Source: Eledone cirrhosa
Lineage: Eukaryota
Assembly (NCBI GenBank): GCA_964016885.1
Contig: OZ024751.1
Coordinates: 7,626,001-7,690,000 of the forward strand
Length of the DNA stretch: 64,000 bases
Direction: 5' to 3'
The notes under the pieces were generated by a model. That model did no database searches. It was not told the origin of the DNA and saw only the letters and a list, made by a program, of their open reading frames with translations. Positions 40,851 to 57,377 of the stretch are shown here, in pieces; position 1 is the first letter of the stretch, and every line of letters begins with the position of its first letter. The position numbers and the translations under genes were made by a program.

Positions 40851-43800
40851 GTGGCCATCACATGGGACCCCATTTGCTCACAATATAGAGAAATGGGGAG
40901 AGCGAGGAAGATGGAGGCAATGACAGTGGGGGTGCGAATCTTTCATGTTCGGACACATTACACCTGTCATGTATGAAAGTAGATTTATACTAAACATACT
41001 GTTGAATCAACTAGTGATAGGTTAGAATATTTAGATATCCACGACAGCGTAGCCACAATAACAAATAAAGAGTGACAGTTCTCTGGGAAGAACGTGTGTG
41101 TCATCCACATTATCCCCATCAACCTCACCCACCGGCCCTATAATCTATCACCCATTAGCATTCGGGGAGAGTCTCGTACTAACACAACAGTTTTTTAACA
41201 GGCACACCCCGAATCGAATTTTCAATTTTCTATTTTCTTTTCCATTATATGTTTGGGCTCAACGCAAGCCTGTTAGGTAATTCTGTGGGTGTCACCTGAT
41301 AAGATCGCCCAGTCTTGCATCATGATTCGATGATAGAGGTAAGAACCGAAATATGTAATGTGATTTCACGAAATATAACTTAAACATTTTTTTTCCAGTT
41401 TAAATACAATTAAACACACACACACACACACACATACACACAAACACACACACACGCGCGCGCGCGCGCGCACACACATAAACACACACATGTATATATA
41501 TACATTATTTAGGTATAAATTAAAGATGCTAGTTTCATTTTGTATATTTTACATATATATATATATACATATATATGTGTATGTGTTTGTGGGTACATGG
41601 TTATTGCACTAATGTACCTTTCTTACCTGGCAAAAAACAAATTCACCTGCGGATTAACCTTAAGCTATCCTGACAATTATTGCTCCATTGGTTTTTATCG
41701 ATCGTCATATTAATCTAGACGAAGACAGACAGCTGTCAAAACATCGCATCATTTCCACGATAATTCTCATAGATTCCTTCGCAGTAAACTCTTACAGAAA
41801 ATCTTCATTTCTAATGCCACTTAATTCAACACATGCACATACCTCCTCTTGTCTTTCATCATTCTTGACGTTTATCGATGGGATTTGCAGTCATAATTCC
41901 CATATAAACCCGGACAAACTGACATTTATTGTAAAATTCAGTAAACTTGAAAGTAGACGCATGAAGAGATTCTTAAAATTTAAATGTAAGTGAAAACTTG
42001 ACAAAGTCTTTAGTTTATTATGTTTTTACTTTCAACTTAATTCATAGATTTAAACAATCCATTTGAAGGGATAATGTACAGCGGCAAGATCGTTGTTTTC
42101 ATTAAGTCATTTAATATTTGATCTCTGACGAAATTTCTAATATTAAGGTTGTTTCTGTTATTTCATGTGATTTTCTTTTGTGTTTTGTGTTCTCATTTCC
42201 AATAGAAATCGGTTTCATTATTCTTAATGGATTTCCATTAAAATGCAATTGAAATATTCCTCATTCTGAATATGCACGAGAGATTGTGGATTCTTACATT
42301 AACAAACAAAATAACAAGAGTGCAGGTAACATCATGATTCATGTGGACATCTATATATATATATATATATATATACTTACGTACACACACATATATATAT
42401 ATACACACACATACACACACGCCCACATACACACATACACACCCACACCCCCACACACACATATATGTATACATATATATATATTTGTACATACTCAAAG
42501 CATACTCACAGCTATACTAGAGTCTAATTCTGTCTTGGACATTAAAGTGGTGAGTACCTCCTTCAATATATCTAAGTAGCCATCCGCTCTGAGTTAAATG
42601 TAATACACAGCTAACACTAAATAGTATTTCCAGTATTACAGTTTCGACTTTGTCTGAGGAATATGTTTAATTATCATATGACATAAATTATCGAATGTTT
42701 TGGTGCATCTAAATTACTGATGCTACATGTTGTCACATGGGGTAATTATGTTTATGCCACAAATGATGAGAAATAGTGTCGTTGCATAAGTGTTCCAATG
42801 CTAGGATAGCTAAATATGTTTAGCTATCTGAATGAAAAATCAGTTTCTTGCGCTGTCTATACTATATTATCAGTAGCATATGGTATACAAATATATTCAC
42901 ACTCAATAAGCCCCTCCCCCCACAAACACACATACACGTACACACACACACACACACATACACACACACACAAACAAATATATATATATTCATATATATA
43001 TATTCATATATATATATATATATATATATATGAAGTGAGAGAGAGAGCGAGATAAATGGGGGGGGGGGGTGAGACGAAATGTCACTAGCTATCACTTTTA
43101 GAACCATCATACAGCTTAGAACTACGTACTTGAAGAAAGGTCAGTCTATTCAATTTTACAAGATAGAATGCCCGCTGGTCAAGCTTTAAGTGTTTCGATG
43201 ATAAAATATCATATTCATCAAATTCCTTTGTATTAATTTCAACCATGTTATCTCTACATTAGAGGGGTCCAAAGATAAAACAGACAATGAAACTATAGTC
43301 AAATATGAATTGAAGTTGTAATTTGAACTATCAATGGTAGGATACTAAGAGAATCATAGTGATGATTTAAATAAAACTATCTATGAATTTATTCTCAGTG
43401 AAGACGATGGAAAATTATATTGTTAAGATTCAGCAAATAACCAATGTACCCCAAAAAGGAGTAATTAGCCATAAATGAAACCCCGAAACATGACAAGAAA
43501 TGTCTACCTAAAATACATGTATGTGCCTAGAAACTAAAAATATTACGGACAAATCCACTAGTTGCATTATGCTAAACACTTGACTTCTAAATATCTAATC
43601 CAGCAGACTTCAGTAGTTCATCCAATGTAACTCTCAATATCCTAATGATGGCTCAATTAAAATGGATAATGTACATGTCTATACGTAGATCATACGTAAC
43701 AGATACCGAGACATACTTGCTGGATTAATACTATATACAGACACACATAACGCACAAAGACAAACAGACACACGTGCGTATGATAATAATAATAAAAATC

Positions 43801-44452
43801 AATTATTGTGTAAAGTGCTCAGATGCACTACAACTCATCAAAGGTGCATGTATAGTATATAGAATAATGTACACATGCCAGGAAAATGATATACATGTGT
43901 GCATGTGTATGGAGAGGGGATATCAGGTATAGTGTTGACGAATTTCAGGAAGCATGGATATTTAAAAGGATGCAGTGTCTCGGCAGCTAACAACTGATGC
44001 AGGTAGTTTGTTTCATGCTTCAGCAACTCGCACTCCACAGACACATCACGGACGTTGAATGAGAAAGGAAAAGAAGTGTAACAGGTGTAACACTAACAAA
44101 ATCAAACAAATAAAACACTTAGAGTGTCAAACATATAATATAAATAGTTACATAGTGTGTGGCGAATGAGCTTTGGCAATTAAATAAAACATGTGTTTGC
44201 TTAAGAAGCCGAGGGATGTATCAGTTACTTGTTTAATAATAATACCCAAGGCGAAACTCTACTCATGCATGTGGTCTTATTGGAAACGTGACAAACACAA
44301 ATGTTATTCGTTCTAGTACTTTTTTTCATACTGCAACATTCCTGCTGTGAAATTGTCTGCTGAACCTGATGTGGTTAACATTTGTATATATATATATATA
44401 TATATATGAGTACACGCACACACAGACACACGCACACACACGCACACACATG

Positions 44453-44488
<36 letters not shown>

Positions 44489-44540
44489 TACACACACACA
44501 CACACACACACATACACACACACACACACACAACCCCCCC

Positions 44541-44572
<32 letters not shown>

Positions 44573-45434
44573 AACAAAACAATTAGCGGGAATCAGAGTT
44601 AACTGAGGAGAAATAATAGAAAATAATTCCCGAATTTCCTTTCAATAATATTTCAATCATTTCTTGATAATGGATTCTGCCTGCTTCACAAATGTCGATC
44701 AAACTGATCTAAAATTAGTAACACGTCGAGACTGGTAAGAAAATATATTTCCAGATTGAAAATAAGTTTTTCTATTTTGAGTTTGTCACTTAATAAGTTC
44801 GGTAACATGTATCAGCCATCAAATGAAAAGGTGCTCGAATCAACATTTTCTCAAAAATAAAGTTAATTCCTTAAACATAAATTGAAAGATATGACAAAAA
44901 TATAACATTCCCAAATCGCTTATATTTAAAGTAAATCTGTATCGTGTATCATATAATGGGTTGGAAAAATTATAGATACTGTTGATCTCGGTCTTCTTTT
45001 GTGTCGGCGTTTTGATGGTGTACTGATGTTCAGAATATACAATTGAAATTATATTTACAAATGTACAAATATAGACATTCGATTTGAAACAAGTTTCGAT
45101 TGTTAGTACACTGACTAGAATGCCATGGACAAATGAACTGTTACAGAATTCGTGTATCTTGACGTACAAGAGAAGTATGAAGAGGTCAGGTATATTCAAC
45201 TCAAAATACATGTATTTCAATCAAACGGAAATTCGGTTTAGTAAGATGGTTGACAATCTAGTAACAAATTGTCCCTTCAGCAGGAACGATTGTATGTGGT
45301 TAATTTGGTGTCTAGAAATAGCAACCGAATATAAAAATACAAAATGACATTATATATCCATTCATTTTCATTTATAGGAAACGCAACGTTAAATAAAGTA
45401 TTCATGGTAAATTATTAATACACAAACACGCACG

Positions 45435-45485
<51 letters not shown>

Positions 45486-45491
45486 ACACAC

Positions 45492-45522
<31 letters not shown>

Positions 45523-45637
45523 TATATATATAAGTCTGGTAAAAAAAGCCACAGATTTTATGCCAGAATTTATCACCTCGGCCAATATCCAATGGACGAT
45601 ATCCGCGCAAATAACCAGTATATTTAGCAGACAGCCA

Positions 45638-45770
<133 letters not shown>

Positions 45771-45814
45771 CAACTGCAAACGAATATCGAATGTTATTAT
45801 TAATATTCGAAAAG

Positions 45815-46005
45815 GGCGGTGGATTGGCAGTATCGGTAGAGGACCGTACGCCATGCTTTGACGCCCTCTTGGGGCCCTTGCCATTCTGAGTTCAAATTCC
45901 GCCGAGGTTAACCTTGCCTTTCGTCCTTACGGGGTCGACAAAATAAAGTACCAGTAATACACTGGGATAATTGCTGGCCTTCTGTCAAAAATATAAACAA
46001 TTATT
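45815..46005 (+). mobile_element. S1 SINE with target-site duplication
   Basis: Full length; flanked by ttattaatattcgaaaa on both sides (45797-45813, 46001-46017). Confidence 0.9.
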
Positions 46006-46453
46006 AATATTCGAAAAATTCAGATTACATTTATTTATTTATATATATGTAGTGCCCTATATTCCGCGGGCTCACATACATTCTCTGTGCGTGATTTGGC
46101 TCAGCTCAGCCAATCAGCGCCAGTAGAAGAGGATGTATCCCTACGCGTTCTGAGGGAGAAATAGCCCGCAAAGATTTGAGGACGCTATGACTCGCAGCTT
46201 CGACCGTGCTAAGGTAAACAACCATTTTTCTTGCGCCGTGAAATCACTAGCCAATATGTAACACAACAATTTAACCACGGCCTGGCAACGCTTTTCTCAG
46301 CCAGTAGCCCGTGTCTTTCTGGAATCTTAATTCGTTTGCCAAATTGGTGACTTATATTCAACAAAGAGAAACATCCCTTTCCTTTATATATATATCTGTC
46401 TATGTATCTCTCTCTCTCTATATATATATGAGATAGAGAGAGAGAGACATATA

Positions 46454-46501
<48 letters not shown>

Positions 46502-47092
46502 CTTAGTCAGTGAGAAAACAGACCGCAAGATTTGCTGTCATTAAAATTAAATGCTGCTAATGGCAGCGTTTTGGAGATTACTTCAGACAGAGATCAGTGG
46601 CTAGTGGTCAGTGAAGAGACAATAGACGATGTGGGCGACAGGAATATACATACATATACACACACACAAATATATATATATATATTTATATATATATATA
46701 TATATATCATTTGCATTTTTTTTAAAAAGCCTTCGGGAGCCACATTTTTATTTTCATAAAATTCTGTAAAACGGTACAAAATATATTCCCAAATACGGAC
46801 GCGAAATTTAATGAACTTATTCACGTGACAGCTATAATTTCATTTATAACCAATCAAATACATTTAAAAAAAAAAAACCTTCGTGAGCCCGGTTTTTAAA
46901 TAAAAAGTAATTCAAACACTCATATATGAAAAAAACAATCTGAGCCCAAATGTTTGAAGAACTTTGTATCGCGATCTGGCGCGAAATATATTATACTTAT
47001 TGACAAACCAAACATATTACATCTCCAAAAACCTGGCCTTTCGAGCCACTTTTTTTCATATAAAACAAGTAACATTCAAAGACCAACCAGAT

Positions 47093-47300
47093 GTGAGAAA
47101 AACCACAGACCCTCCATCTCAACTCTACTTTTGAAAAGCAAAAGAACTGCGAAACCGGTAAAGGAACCAAATAAATATATATATTTTTTTTTTAAATAAA
47201 ACTCCAGTTGCATTTTCTATTTCATCTTTTTTTCTTTATACTTTCTCTAGTGTAGGACACCGGTTATTTTTCATTTTGTAAAAAAACCTCACTTTCTAAT
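47093..47300 (+). mobile_element. Family H2 copy with U3:A8 HHR motif (47128-47163)
   Basis: ctt TTGAAAA gcaa-aagaa-ctgc GAAA ccgg TA aag; reverse complement of 7479-7687. Confidence 0.7.
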
Positions 47301-48589
47301 ATATATATATATCTGTGTGCGCGTGTGTTTTTCTGTGTTTCATGTATGTTGATATCGGTGTCGTATGTTTTATATATTTCATTAAATAATTCATAGCTAA
47401 ATCCAGTATTCATGAAAATATATGTCGTTTATTGCATATATGGATTTTAAAGCACTATATATCCATATATTATACAATATACAATCGTGTTTCGAACCAA
47501 AATTTCCCTTTGCTATAATGTGTGCCAAGCATGGCACATTAATATACAGTTCTGTGTATTGGAGGGTCTTGTGTGAATTATATATCCTATTTATTTGAAT
47601 AAGAAGTGTAAGAGTTCATCGTAAGGAAACAGATTTGAAAATCTCACCCGACATATTTATATTATTATTTCATATAGATGTACCTGTCAAATACACACAT
47701 TTCTCACAAAGGCCAATTATACATTTCCAATCTACGATATTTTCTATCTTGCTATACGTTATTCGCATCTATTTGTTGCGCTCTATAAATGCAACACATC
47801 ATTAATTTTCTCGGTTAATATTAACGGATTTGTCTAGGACGCTGTCTTCCCATCAATATCTCGTTTAGTTATTCTATAGATTCAGGAACAGCTTTCATAA
47901 TAGAGGAACACACGTAATTCTGTGTCTTGTCGATTGTAACTTGTATCGACTTCAACACAGAGCAAGTACAATGCTCGAATCAGTTTGAACATATATTGTA
48001 TTACACAACGTTTCTAAGGTCACAGAGAGCTATATCCATTTAAACATATCAAAGAAGGTTCGGTTTGAAACGACTTTATGTTCTTCAAATATAAATACTG
48101 CACATAATTTTCTACCGAAATTGTCGGGAAGAAGAATGTTCATGTAACGACTAGTATTGTATTTGGTAGATTTCTATGACATATTTGACGAATAAACATT
48201 TGTTACCAGTTCGCAAATAGTCTCAGTCTAATATAACTACAGCAATACTAGCGAAGGCTGTTTCAGCTCATTTAATTACACCCACGTATATACCAATATA
48301 TATATGCACACACATGCAAATATATATGTATATGTATATATATATAGACACATGCAGATATATATATGTATATATATATATAATATACAGATAAAAGGCA
48401 GAGTTAATAACACATACTGATATCCTGTAATTAACAAGCTCAAAGTATAAATACTGAGCATTTTAATAATATATGTAGTAATAAACACGGTAAATCGTGT
48501 GTCTAAAATTACGAGGGTTGAATTATCACGTAGTATATCAACCCTCGTAATTTTAGACGCACGATTTACTGTGTTTATCAGTACATATA

Positions 48590-48638
<49 letters not shown>

Positions 48639-49291
48639 ATTGTGTGCGTGAATTTATAAATATAAATATGTGTATATATAGATTCTCATGAAAACCTCTT
48701 ACCTGTTTGTCACACAATAGAATAATTTCTGTAAACAATACGAGTACAGGAAAAGTTAGAAAATTTAATGTAACTCATAATTTCATTAGATATGTCTCTG
48801 TGCACTGCGTGATTATAAATAGGAAGCCAGAAATGTTTTTTAAATATATTCCTACACCGTATATTCTAACAATCTATGGCCTAAGGTGTTGCTATGTTTT
48901 CATTGAACAAATCTGTTTTCAGCATCTGCTAAATGTTACTTGGCTAAATGTGGTGAAATATTTGTATTTGAACCAATATTACTTTTCTTTTCGCCGTTAA
49001 GGTAAAATGATTTGGACGTTTTTCAGAATATCCTGCGGTCACTACAACCTCCCTGCCATAAAGTTACTAAAATTAAATATTTCCAGCAATTTCTGTTATG
49101 TTTTGTAATGCCTGCAGATATACCACGAATAATATTTCATGAAAATGACATTTCATTCCATCATCTTTTACATTGCCTGAACGTATTAAAGTAATTTTTT
49201 GTTTCCCCATTAACATTATATTTTAGAATAATGTGTTGTGCACCATAATAATATATAAGAATAATATGAAGGTCTACTTGTTGATGTAAAA

Positions 49292-49354
<63 letters not shown>

Positions 49355-49357
<3 letters not shown>

Positions 49358-49833
49358 ATTGTTATACTTTGGGAGGGTCATGTTGCCAATAAGGAACACA
49401 CGCACCAGTTGCTTTCACTTCAATTTATTATAATAAATTTATAAATTTAGGAATTTATAAATTTATTGTTGGTTGGTTGGTTCCACAACCAGATAGTTGT
49501 TTATATACACAACACACACACAGAAACAAAATGGCGTAGGACAGAACAAAGGAGAGGCACAAAAACAAAGAAAAGAATCCCCAGTCACTGAAGAGGTCAC
49601 AGAATGTGTGACGAAAGAACTTTGACAATATATAAACAACTATCTGGTTGTGGAACCAACCAACCAACCAGAAATTTATAAATTCCTAAATTTATAAATT
49701 TATTTTAATAAATTGAAGCGATGCAACTGGTGCATGTGTTTCTTATTGGCAACATAACCCTACCAAAGTATAACAATATCGGTTTCAACACAAGATTTCA
49801 GATAAAGAATCTTGCTAAACAAATTCAGAAAGG

Positions 49834-49836
<3 letters not shown>
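49355..49836. mobile_element. Fold-back of family H5, TA-flanked; HHR at 49583-49626 (+)
   Basis: 49355-49507 is inverted relative to 49629-49778; gtca CTGAAGA ggtcaca-gaatg-tgtgac GAAA gaac TT tgac. Confidence 0.8.
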
Positions 49837-49882
<46 letters not shown>

Positions 49883-50116
49883 CAGAGAGAAATAAAGAAA
49901 GATAAGGCTGTGTATGTGTGTGGTTATGTATGTGCATGTAGATATGTGCATGTGCATATCTTTATATATATGTATATATATATTTATATATATATATATA
50001 TGTATATTTATATATATAGTTATATATCTATATTTATATATATATATTCATATATATTTATATATATATAATTATATATATATATTATATACGTATATAT
50101 GTACATATATGTATAC

Positions 50117-50193
<77 letters not shown>

Positions 50194-50774
50194 CTTATAT
50201 ATGAATATATGTATATATGTATATCGTATACATATACAGTTACATGTATATGTGAGTGTGTGTATGACTGTGGAGGTGCGTGTATGTAGTGCGTGTAACA
50301 AATTACAGTATTCCGTATATGGTGCAATCTTGATAGAACTGAATCACATTAATCATATCCATAAGCTACATGTCTGAATGAGAACAGCTGTTTCACTGCA
50401 ATATATATGCAAGTATTCAGTCATAGTGAATATATATATCTCTCACTCCATCGTCCCACACAGTACGAGATTCTTTCCTCGCTCAAATCGGCACGGCCAA
50501 GATGTGTCTTTGCCTTCTCGTCAATATTGGCAATTTCTTATGTTCAAAATTAATCATTGACTTGATTTTCTACATGTTTTCTTCTCTTTACGTTGCCTCG
50601 CCATTCTTGTTTGTTTACCTGTCTCTCTTTCTCCACCAGATTATTTTTATCCCAATAACTTAATTTAGTTATTGTATGGCTAGTAAACCACTGATGATGG
50701 ATAGTCCAGGCTTCTATTTATAATTCTCCATGTTATTATATATATCATACTTGCAACAACACAGCTCACCATTT

Positions 50775-50833
<59 letters not shown>

Positions 50834-50882
50834 ACACATTCACACATACACAGATACACAGAAAGAGACACACTCACATACC

Positions 50883-50934
<52 letters not shown>

Positions 50935-51635
50935 CATACAGACGTAATACGTAATATTACAGAGAGAGATTATAATGAAAATTAGATTAAATCTAAATTT
51001 AATTTAATTTCTGAAGAATATATCTTTATCACCTGTTCTCAGAGGGAGACAGACAGAATAATAATATATAACATATGTCCAATATATCTCTGTGTCCTTG
51101 GATATATTATCATATATGGAAATGAATCACACTATTTTCAGAATATATATCATAAAAATGCGCGCTACCTATATATCTATCTATATATCGACTATTATAT
51201 GCAAAACAAAGATATAAGTGAAATATTGATGTACATGTTGATCTGAACTTGTATATTTGGTCATTCATTTTACAGCTGCCAAGGACTTGCACAAATGCAA
51301 TCCAATCTTTAATCTGTAGCTGAATTTGAGCTTATGTGGTTGCACATGATATTTTTATCATCACCTCTTTCTTTGAAATTCAAATGAGATATCACACACA
51401 CGCATGTACAAACGCACGCACATGCACACACATGGACACACACAAATACACACACACTTTCACACACAAACCTATATATTAATTTGATTAACGATGAATA
51501 GTGAGTCACCTTACACGGGCTTTTGCGTGAAACTTCAGAATAATAACGCTCATCATTTAACCTTAATAAAATGAATATTAAAACTCTCCTCCGCCGTTAT
51601 TGCGTACTCCTTTCTCTTAATCGTCATCCCAAAAC

Positions 51636-51696
<61 letters not shown>

Positions 51697-51734
51697 ATAT
51701 TAACAAATGAAAACTATATTTATAAAAGCATATT

Positions 51735-51800
51735 TATTTCATTATACATATTTCAAGGGCCAGCAAAGCAAACTATGGTGCGCTTTCATCAGATAAAATA
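51735..51800 (-). ncRNA. Minimal type I hammerhead ribozyme (H1)
   Basis: Minus strand: tattttat CTGATGA aagcgcacca..tggccctt GAAA tatgta TA atgaaata; tail abuts (TA)n at ~51692. Confidence 0.75.
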
Positions 51801-51896
51801 TAATATAGGTTAGTTGTATCAATAATTTGTTGAGTGCTTTATATCAGTTATAAAAATATTTTGCATGTTGTATCCCAACGAATTAAATACAACCTC

Positions 51897-51977
<81 letters not shown>

Positions 51978-52004
51978 TTGTGTGCGTGTGTGCATGTATG
52001 CATA

Positions 52005-52054
<50 letters not shown>

Positions 52055-53764
52055 GGTGTGGGTGTGTGTGTTTAGGGGAGGTGTAACAATAGAGTAATGT
52101 ACTAATATTGTAGCAAACCTTATAAATGTGTTGTCTATTATTGTCTGAGATACCATGATTCTAACACTACATTTTTATGTTTATTTCATTTTCTGCTTGT
52201 TCATCCAAAGTCAGTTCAGATCAGGTAATCTTCGGCGTTTGAATTCCAACAATTGTTATACGGTCTGTTGGGTTCTACATCACCTAAACTGTCACACTAG
52301 TTTTTAAAAGAATCGTCTCGTAATATCCCTCTTGCCGGAGATTTGACTGGTGTTTCTAGCATGATTATAGGCTAACCAAAACACCATCATTAAAAGGGTA
52401 TTATAGATTTGGCTCTAACGAGATTTTCCTAATATCAGATATGAACAAACATTTAGGAGATGAATATTTTGCATTATTCTGTAGAATTCATCGCAATTAA
52501 TAAAAGAAACAGATTATATTTGAAGGAAAATAGAGAAAAAATAATTATTGTTAATTATTTAAAAATCTCTTTCAATGTTATCAAAGTCCTGTAGACGATG
52601 CTGTGATGCGGCTGGCTACGTGAAGTTTTGTTAAGTTTGTGCTATATCCCACATAAAGGAATTATTGAATGTTCATTGTAGTAATCGTTTTCATCGTATA
52701 ATTAACCAAAAAATCATCTTCCTGCCCTTGTTTGCTTGATAACCTTTCTTTCTAACTTTATCTATGCCAGACAAATCATCAATATTCTAATTCAACGAAG
52801 AAACAAAGAAGACCTTAAAAATTTATATTATAATAAATTAATTAAAAAAATATTTTTATCTTAAACAGCTTCCAAACATACTTTTCTCTTTTTGTAAAAA
52901 ATATGCCATTGATTTAACAAATGTGACAGAGCTATTAAGAGTTTCGCAGGTATTGAACACTTTAAACAGTTAAACGATATGCTGTGTTTGTGGCATGATA
53001 TGAGCAAATACCACGAGATAACAAATATCTGATTAGGTTTATCATTTACCACAATACATTCGCCAATTAAAATGTATCAAAACTTTTGAATTAAGTCTTC
53101 CCTTATTCTATGAGTTTTCCAGTTGCAACCACACATCGAATGATATCGGAATATGTATGGTGCAGTATGCATGTTTATGTGTGTGTACGTATACGCATGT
53201 GTATATGTAATTGAAATATCAATTTATAATTATACGTCTGACATTATTTAAAATTGTTTTCATATTTTAATCATATATTCAGATACTCATTCACACACAT
53301 GCCAGAACTGATTGTTTGTCGTGTATGGATTGTGCACATATATATATATATGAAAGAATTATGATAGTCAATTAGGATAAACAGCCAGTGACCATAACCT
53401 AATTATTGTTCAAATATTTATTAACTTTTCGCCAAAATATCATGGTTGATAAAGGGAAGTGTATGTTGTCTGATGTGCTAAGTGGCTTACAATTCCCTTA
53501 TGCCCAGCGACTTATATATAATCGGAATTTTACGAAGTAATATTGTTTCGTTTGTTAAAATATATAAGATTGCTTTCTGACATAAATTGGAGAGATTTTC
53601 TTTGCTTTCAAATTTGAGGACTTTAAAATATAAGTTTTCAGTTTTAATTTCTTCACTGTTCTTTGGAAATTAGATCAACTATGAAATATGTCTGGTTTCA
53701 GAATTTCGCTAATCCATCTCCTTATCCTGTTGTATTGATTTAATGGTCATGTTATCCTTCATAG

Positions 53765-53813
<49 letters not shown>

Positions 53814-54687
53814 GTGTTTCTAATATCCAAACATCTCAATGAAAGGAATTTCTCAGAGTAGCAATATTTTAATTTAAAAATTGAATGAGAAAAAAAATCT
53901 AATTCGCTTATATAAGCGGAGTTAGATAGAAAAATCCTTTTGTCTAACGTGTTTATACTCCCAGACTTAATTTTTACTCATTTAGTTTGAATATATTATA
54001 TATATATTACTATACCTCAAGAGTGCAACAGGCATCAAATTACTGACCTTAATACAGGAGTTTATACGTATTTATAAGATACATTTAAAAGAAATGCGTT
54101 TACGAACAAAATAAAGTTTTATGACAAAGAAAAATAACACCAAGATGTAAATTTGAAATTTGAAATCGTTCACGTGTTTATGTTCATACGTGTACTCTAA
54201 CAATATTTTGTCGTAGCATGTAATATAAAGATGGTAATAATTATTAAGGTATGGAATACTGTTGTATGGAATGAGTAATATATTATTAAACCCGAAGGAG
54301 AAATGAAATATATAAGATTAGTATATAAATTAAATTAAGATGATGGCAAATCAGTCAAATTTGTTGAGTATTTCCTCTTAGTAAGGATATTTGACTTGAA
54401 ATATATATATATATATATATATAAATTAATATGTATGTGATGAAACACAGATACCAACACATCTGTATATATATGGATTCAGCCTGAAACTTGTGAGTAA
54501 TAACTCACAAAAGTATTTTATTACTTGGTGTAGGAGGTGATAGTTCTAAGATAAGGAGTCAGGACCCCGATGGCTGAGCTCTTGCCATTTCAACTGTTAA
54601 TACCAGACAGATTGCAAAAGGCATTGGCTGTTAACTGGCTGTTAACTGGAATTGATTGTCCAGATAGCGATATACATTGATCATCCA

Positions 54688-54745
<58 letters not shown>

Positions 54746-54747
54746 GG

Positions 54748-54832
<85 letters not shown>

Positions 54833-54856
54833 ATATATGTATATATATATAAATTT

Positions 54857-55417
54857 ATGGTCTCATGGTCGGGTCGTTGGCGAATAAACTGGCAACCCCA
54901 CCAAGGTTTCTTGATGAGGAGGGTGACTTTGGACATCCTGCAGGACTAAAAACAAAGCCTGTCAAATGGCAAATGAGCTCTTAAGAGTCAATGGCCATCC
55001 GAAATCACCAGATAGATGAGCCCTTAGCCTTTGTCAAGGTAGAATTCTAGGAGAAGGAAAACTCTGATATAACACCTGCAACCCTGATGGTATCCAATGA
55101 TGTTGACTTGTTCTTCTTTTTGGTAAAATATCATCTTGGTTAAGGGAGTGGGACTGGCTTTGTGCAGTGCCTTTGCTCACTATAAAATCTTCACGGCACA
55201 GACATTGCCTTATATCTGGAGATCTATCTTCCCTTGTCATCACATGGTTCCATGGGCCCAGCACTATGTGTCAATAATTGTCACAAGTGTAGTGTTTGTA
55301 CCAGAGTTTTCAAGTCGCTGGCTGGACCAAAAAGTCACACTCGTTCAGAGCATCGGTATGGGTTCTCCTACATGGATATAAAGTAGTGGCCGTACTCGAA
55401 AACGAGTTGGCAGCAAC
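54857..55417 (+). mobile_element. Family R retroposon copy
   Basis: Colinear with 27925-28480; flanked by TA runs. Confidence 0.75.
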
Positions 55418-56017
55418 ATATATTTATATATATATACTTAGAGGTTATTACTGCAAACATTTCGACAAAACCGTTTAATCTTATAGCATGTGATGGTACA
55501 GTTCATAGCATTGATAAACGCATGATTAGTAACATTTTAGAGAAAACAGACTGAATGAAGTGATTAAAATATTTACAAAATATTTTTTGAATATCCACTC
55601 TTTCATTAATTAATAAAATTGTACTTGCTGAATGGTAATGGCAATGAGGTAAGAAACAAAAATGGAACTAATCGATTGAACGTTAGGTTTTGGTTGTGTG
55701 ATAATTAAAGAAGAATCTTGAATTATAATTATATACTAATTAAACTTTTCTTTTAGTTGCTTTTACATCAGAATTTCTATCATAAAGAAACCTCGGAATA
55801 ATTGTTTGTTTCATAGATCAAGATAAACATATATTTCTCCACCACGGAATACTGACTAATAACGATACGTTAGTCTATACATCTCTCATATGCGTGTATG
55901 TTAAACATCTCCCTCTGCTATAATATATGCCCCTCCAAAATCAGTTGCTGAGCTTACATATGCGATGTTCATATCACCAGAGATTCGTGTAAAATATGTC
56001 TTAGTCAATTAGAAAAT

Positions 56018-56122
56018 AATTGTTTCTACGTTAGGCACAAGGCCAGCAATTACCCATTGTATTACTGGTACTTTATTTTATCGACCCCGTAAGGATGAAA
56101 GGCAAAGTTAACCTCGGCGGGA
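56018..56122 (-). mobile_element. S1 SINE 3' half
   Basis: Reverse complement of the central domain and tail. Confidence 0.8.
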
Positions 56123-56348
56123 ATAAATAATAATGACTTGTTCCATATTGTGTAATAAATGCTATGTAAAAAGTGCGACATAGTATTTTGTTCAAAATGA
56201 AAAAAAAATCTACATTGTGCCGCAGCACCAAACATATTTGAAGCGGCATATTGTAGACCTAGGATTTCTTAAGTAAACATAGCCATAAAAATAGCAAACG
56301 TTCATGTAGGTATGTATATATACATGAATGGTTACTATCTTTTAGTGT

Positions 56349-56421
<73 letters not shown>

Positions 56422-56661
56422 GTATATAAGTATGTATACGTACATACATATATGTATACCTACGTACAGTAGTATGTATATATATATGCATACATGCACA
56501 TATATATATATATATTCGTATGGATTCACCAAACATTTATTATGATGCTAGGTGTGTTTGTAAACAAACATCCCGTATTAAACCGTAGTGTCTAGCAACC
56601 ACCGTTGCTCGTTTGTTCAACACTGACAAAGGAACGCTGTACTAGTTACAAGCTTGTTAGC

Positions 56662-57212
<551 letters not shown>

Positions 57213-57295
57213 TGTGCACAATAATATCAATTTAAAGACGCAGACATATGTATTTTCATAGATATGGAGACACACACAGGCAGACACACACAAAA

Positions 57296-57377
<82 letters not shown>

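Noticed and set aside
41700-41945. Possible minus-strand exons (GAG|gtatgt donor)
   Set aside because: Stops in all frames between plausible splice sites and no recognisable protein.
44840-45347. Overlapping 126-aa and 87-aa non-microsatellite ORFs
   Set aside because: No recognisable motif or coding-like composition; consistent with chance.
50691-50720. Isolated CTGATGA motif
   Set aside because: No downstream GAAA..UH with compatible stems.
54430-54510. GTGATGA..GAAActtgtgagTA HHR-like string
   Set aside because: Core is mutated and stems I and II do not pair convincingly.
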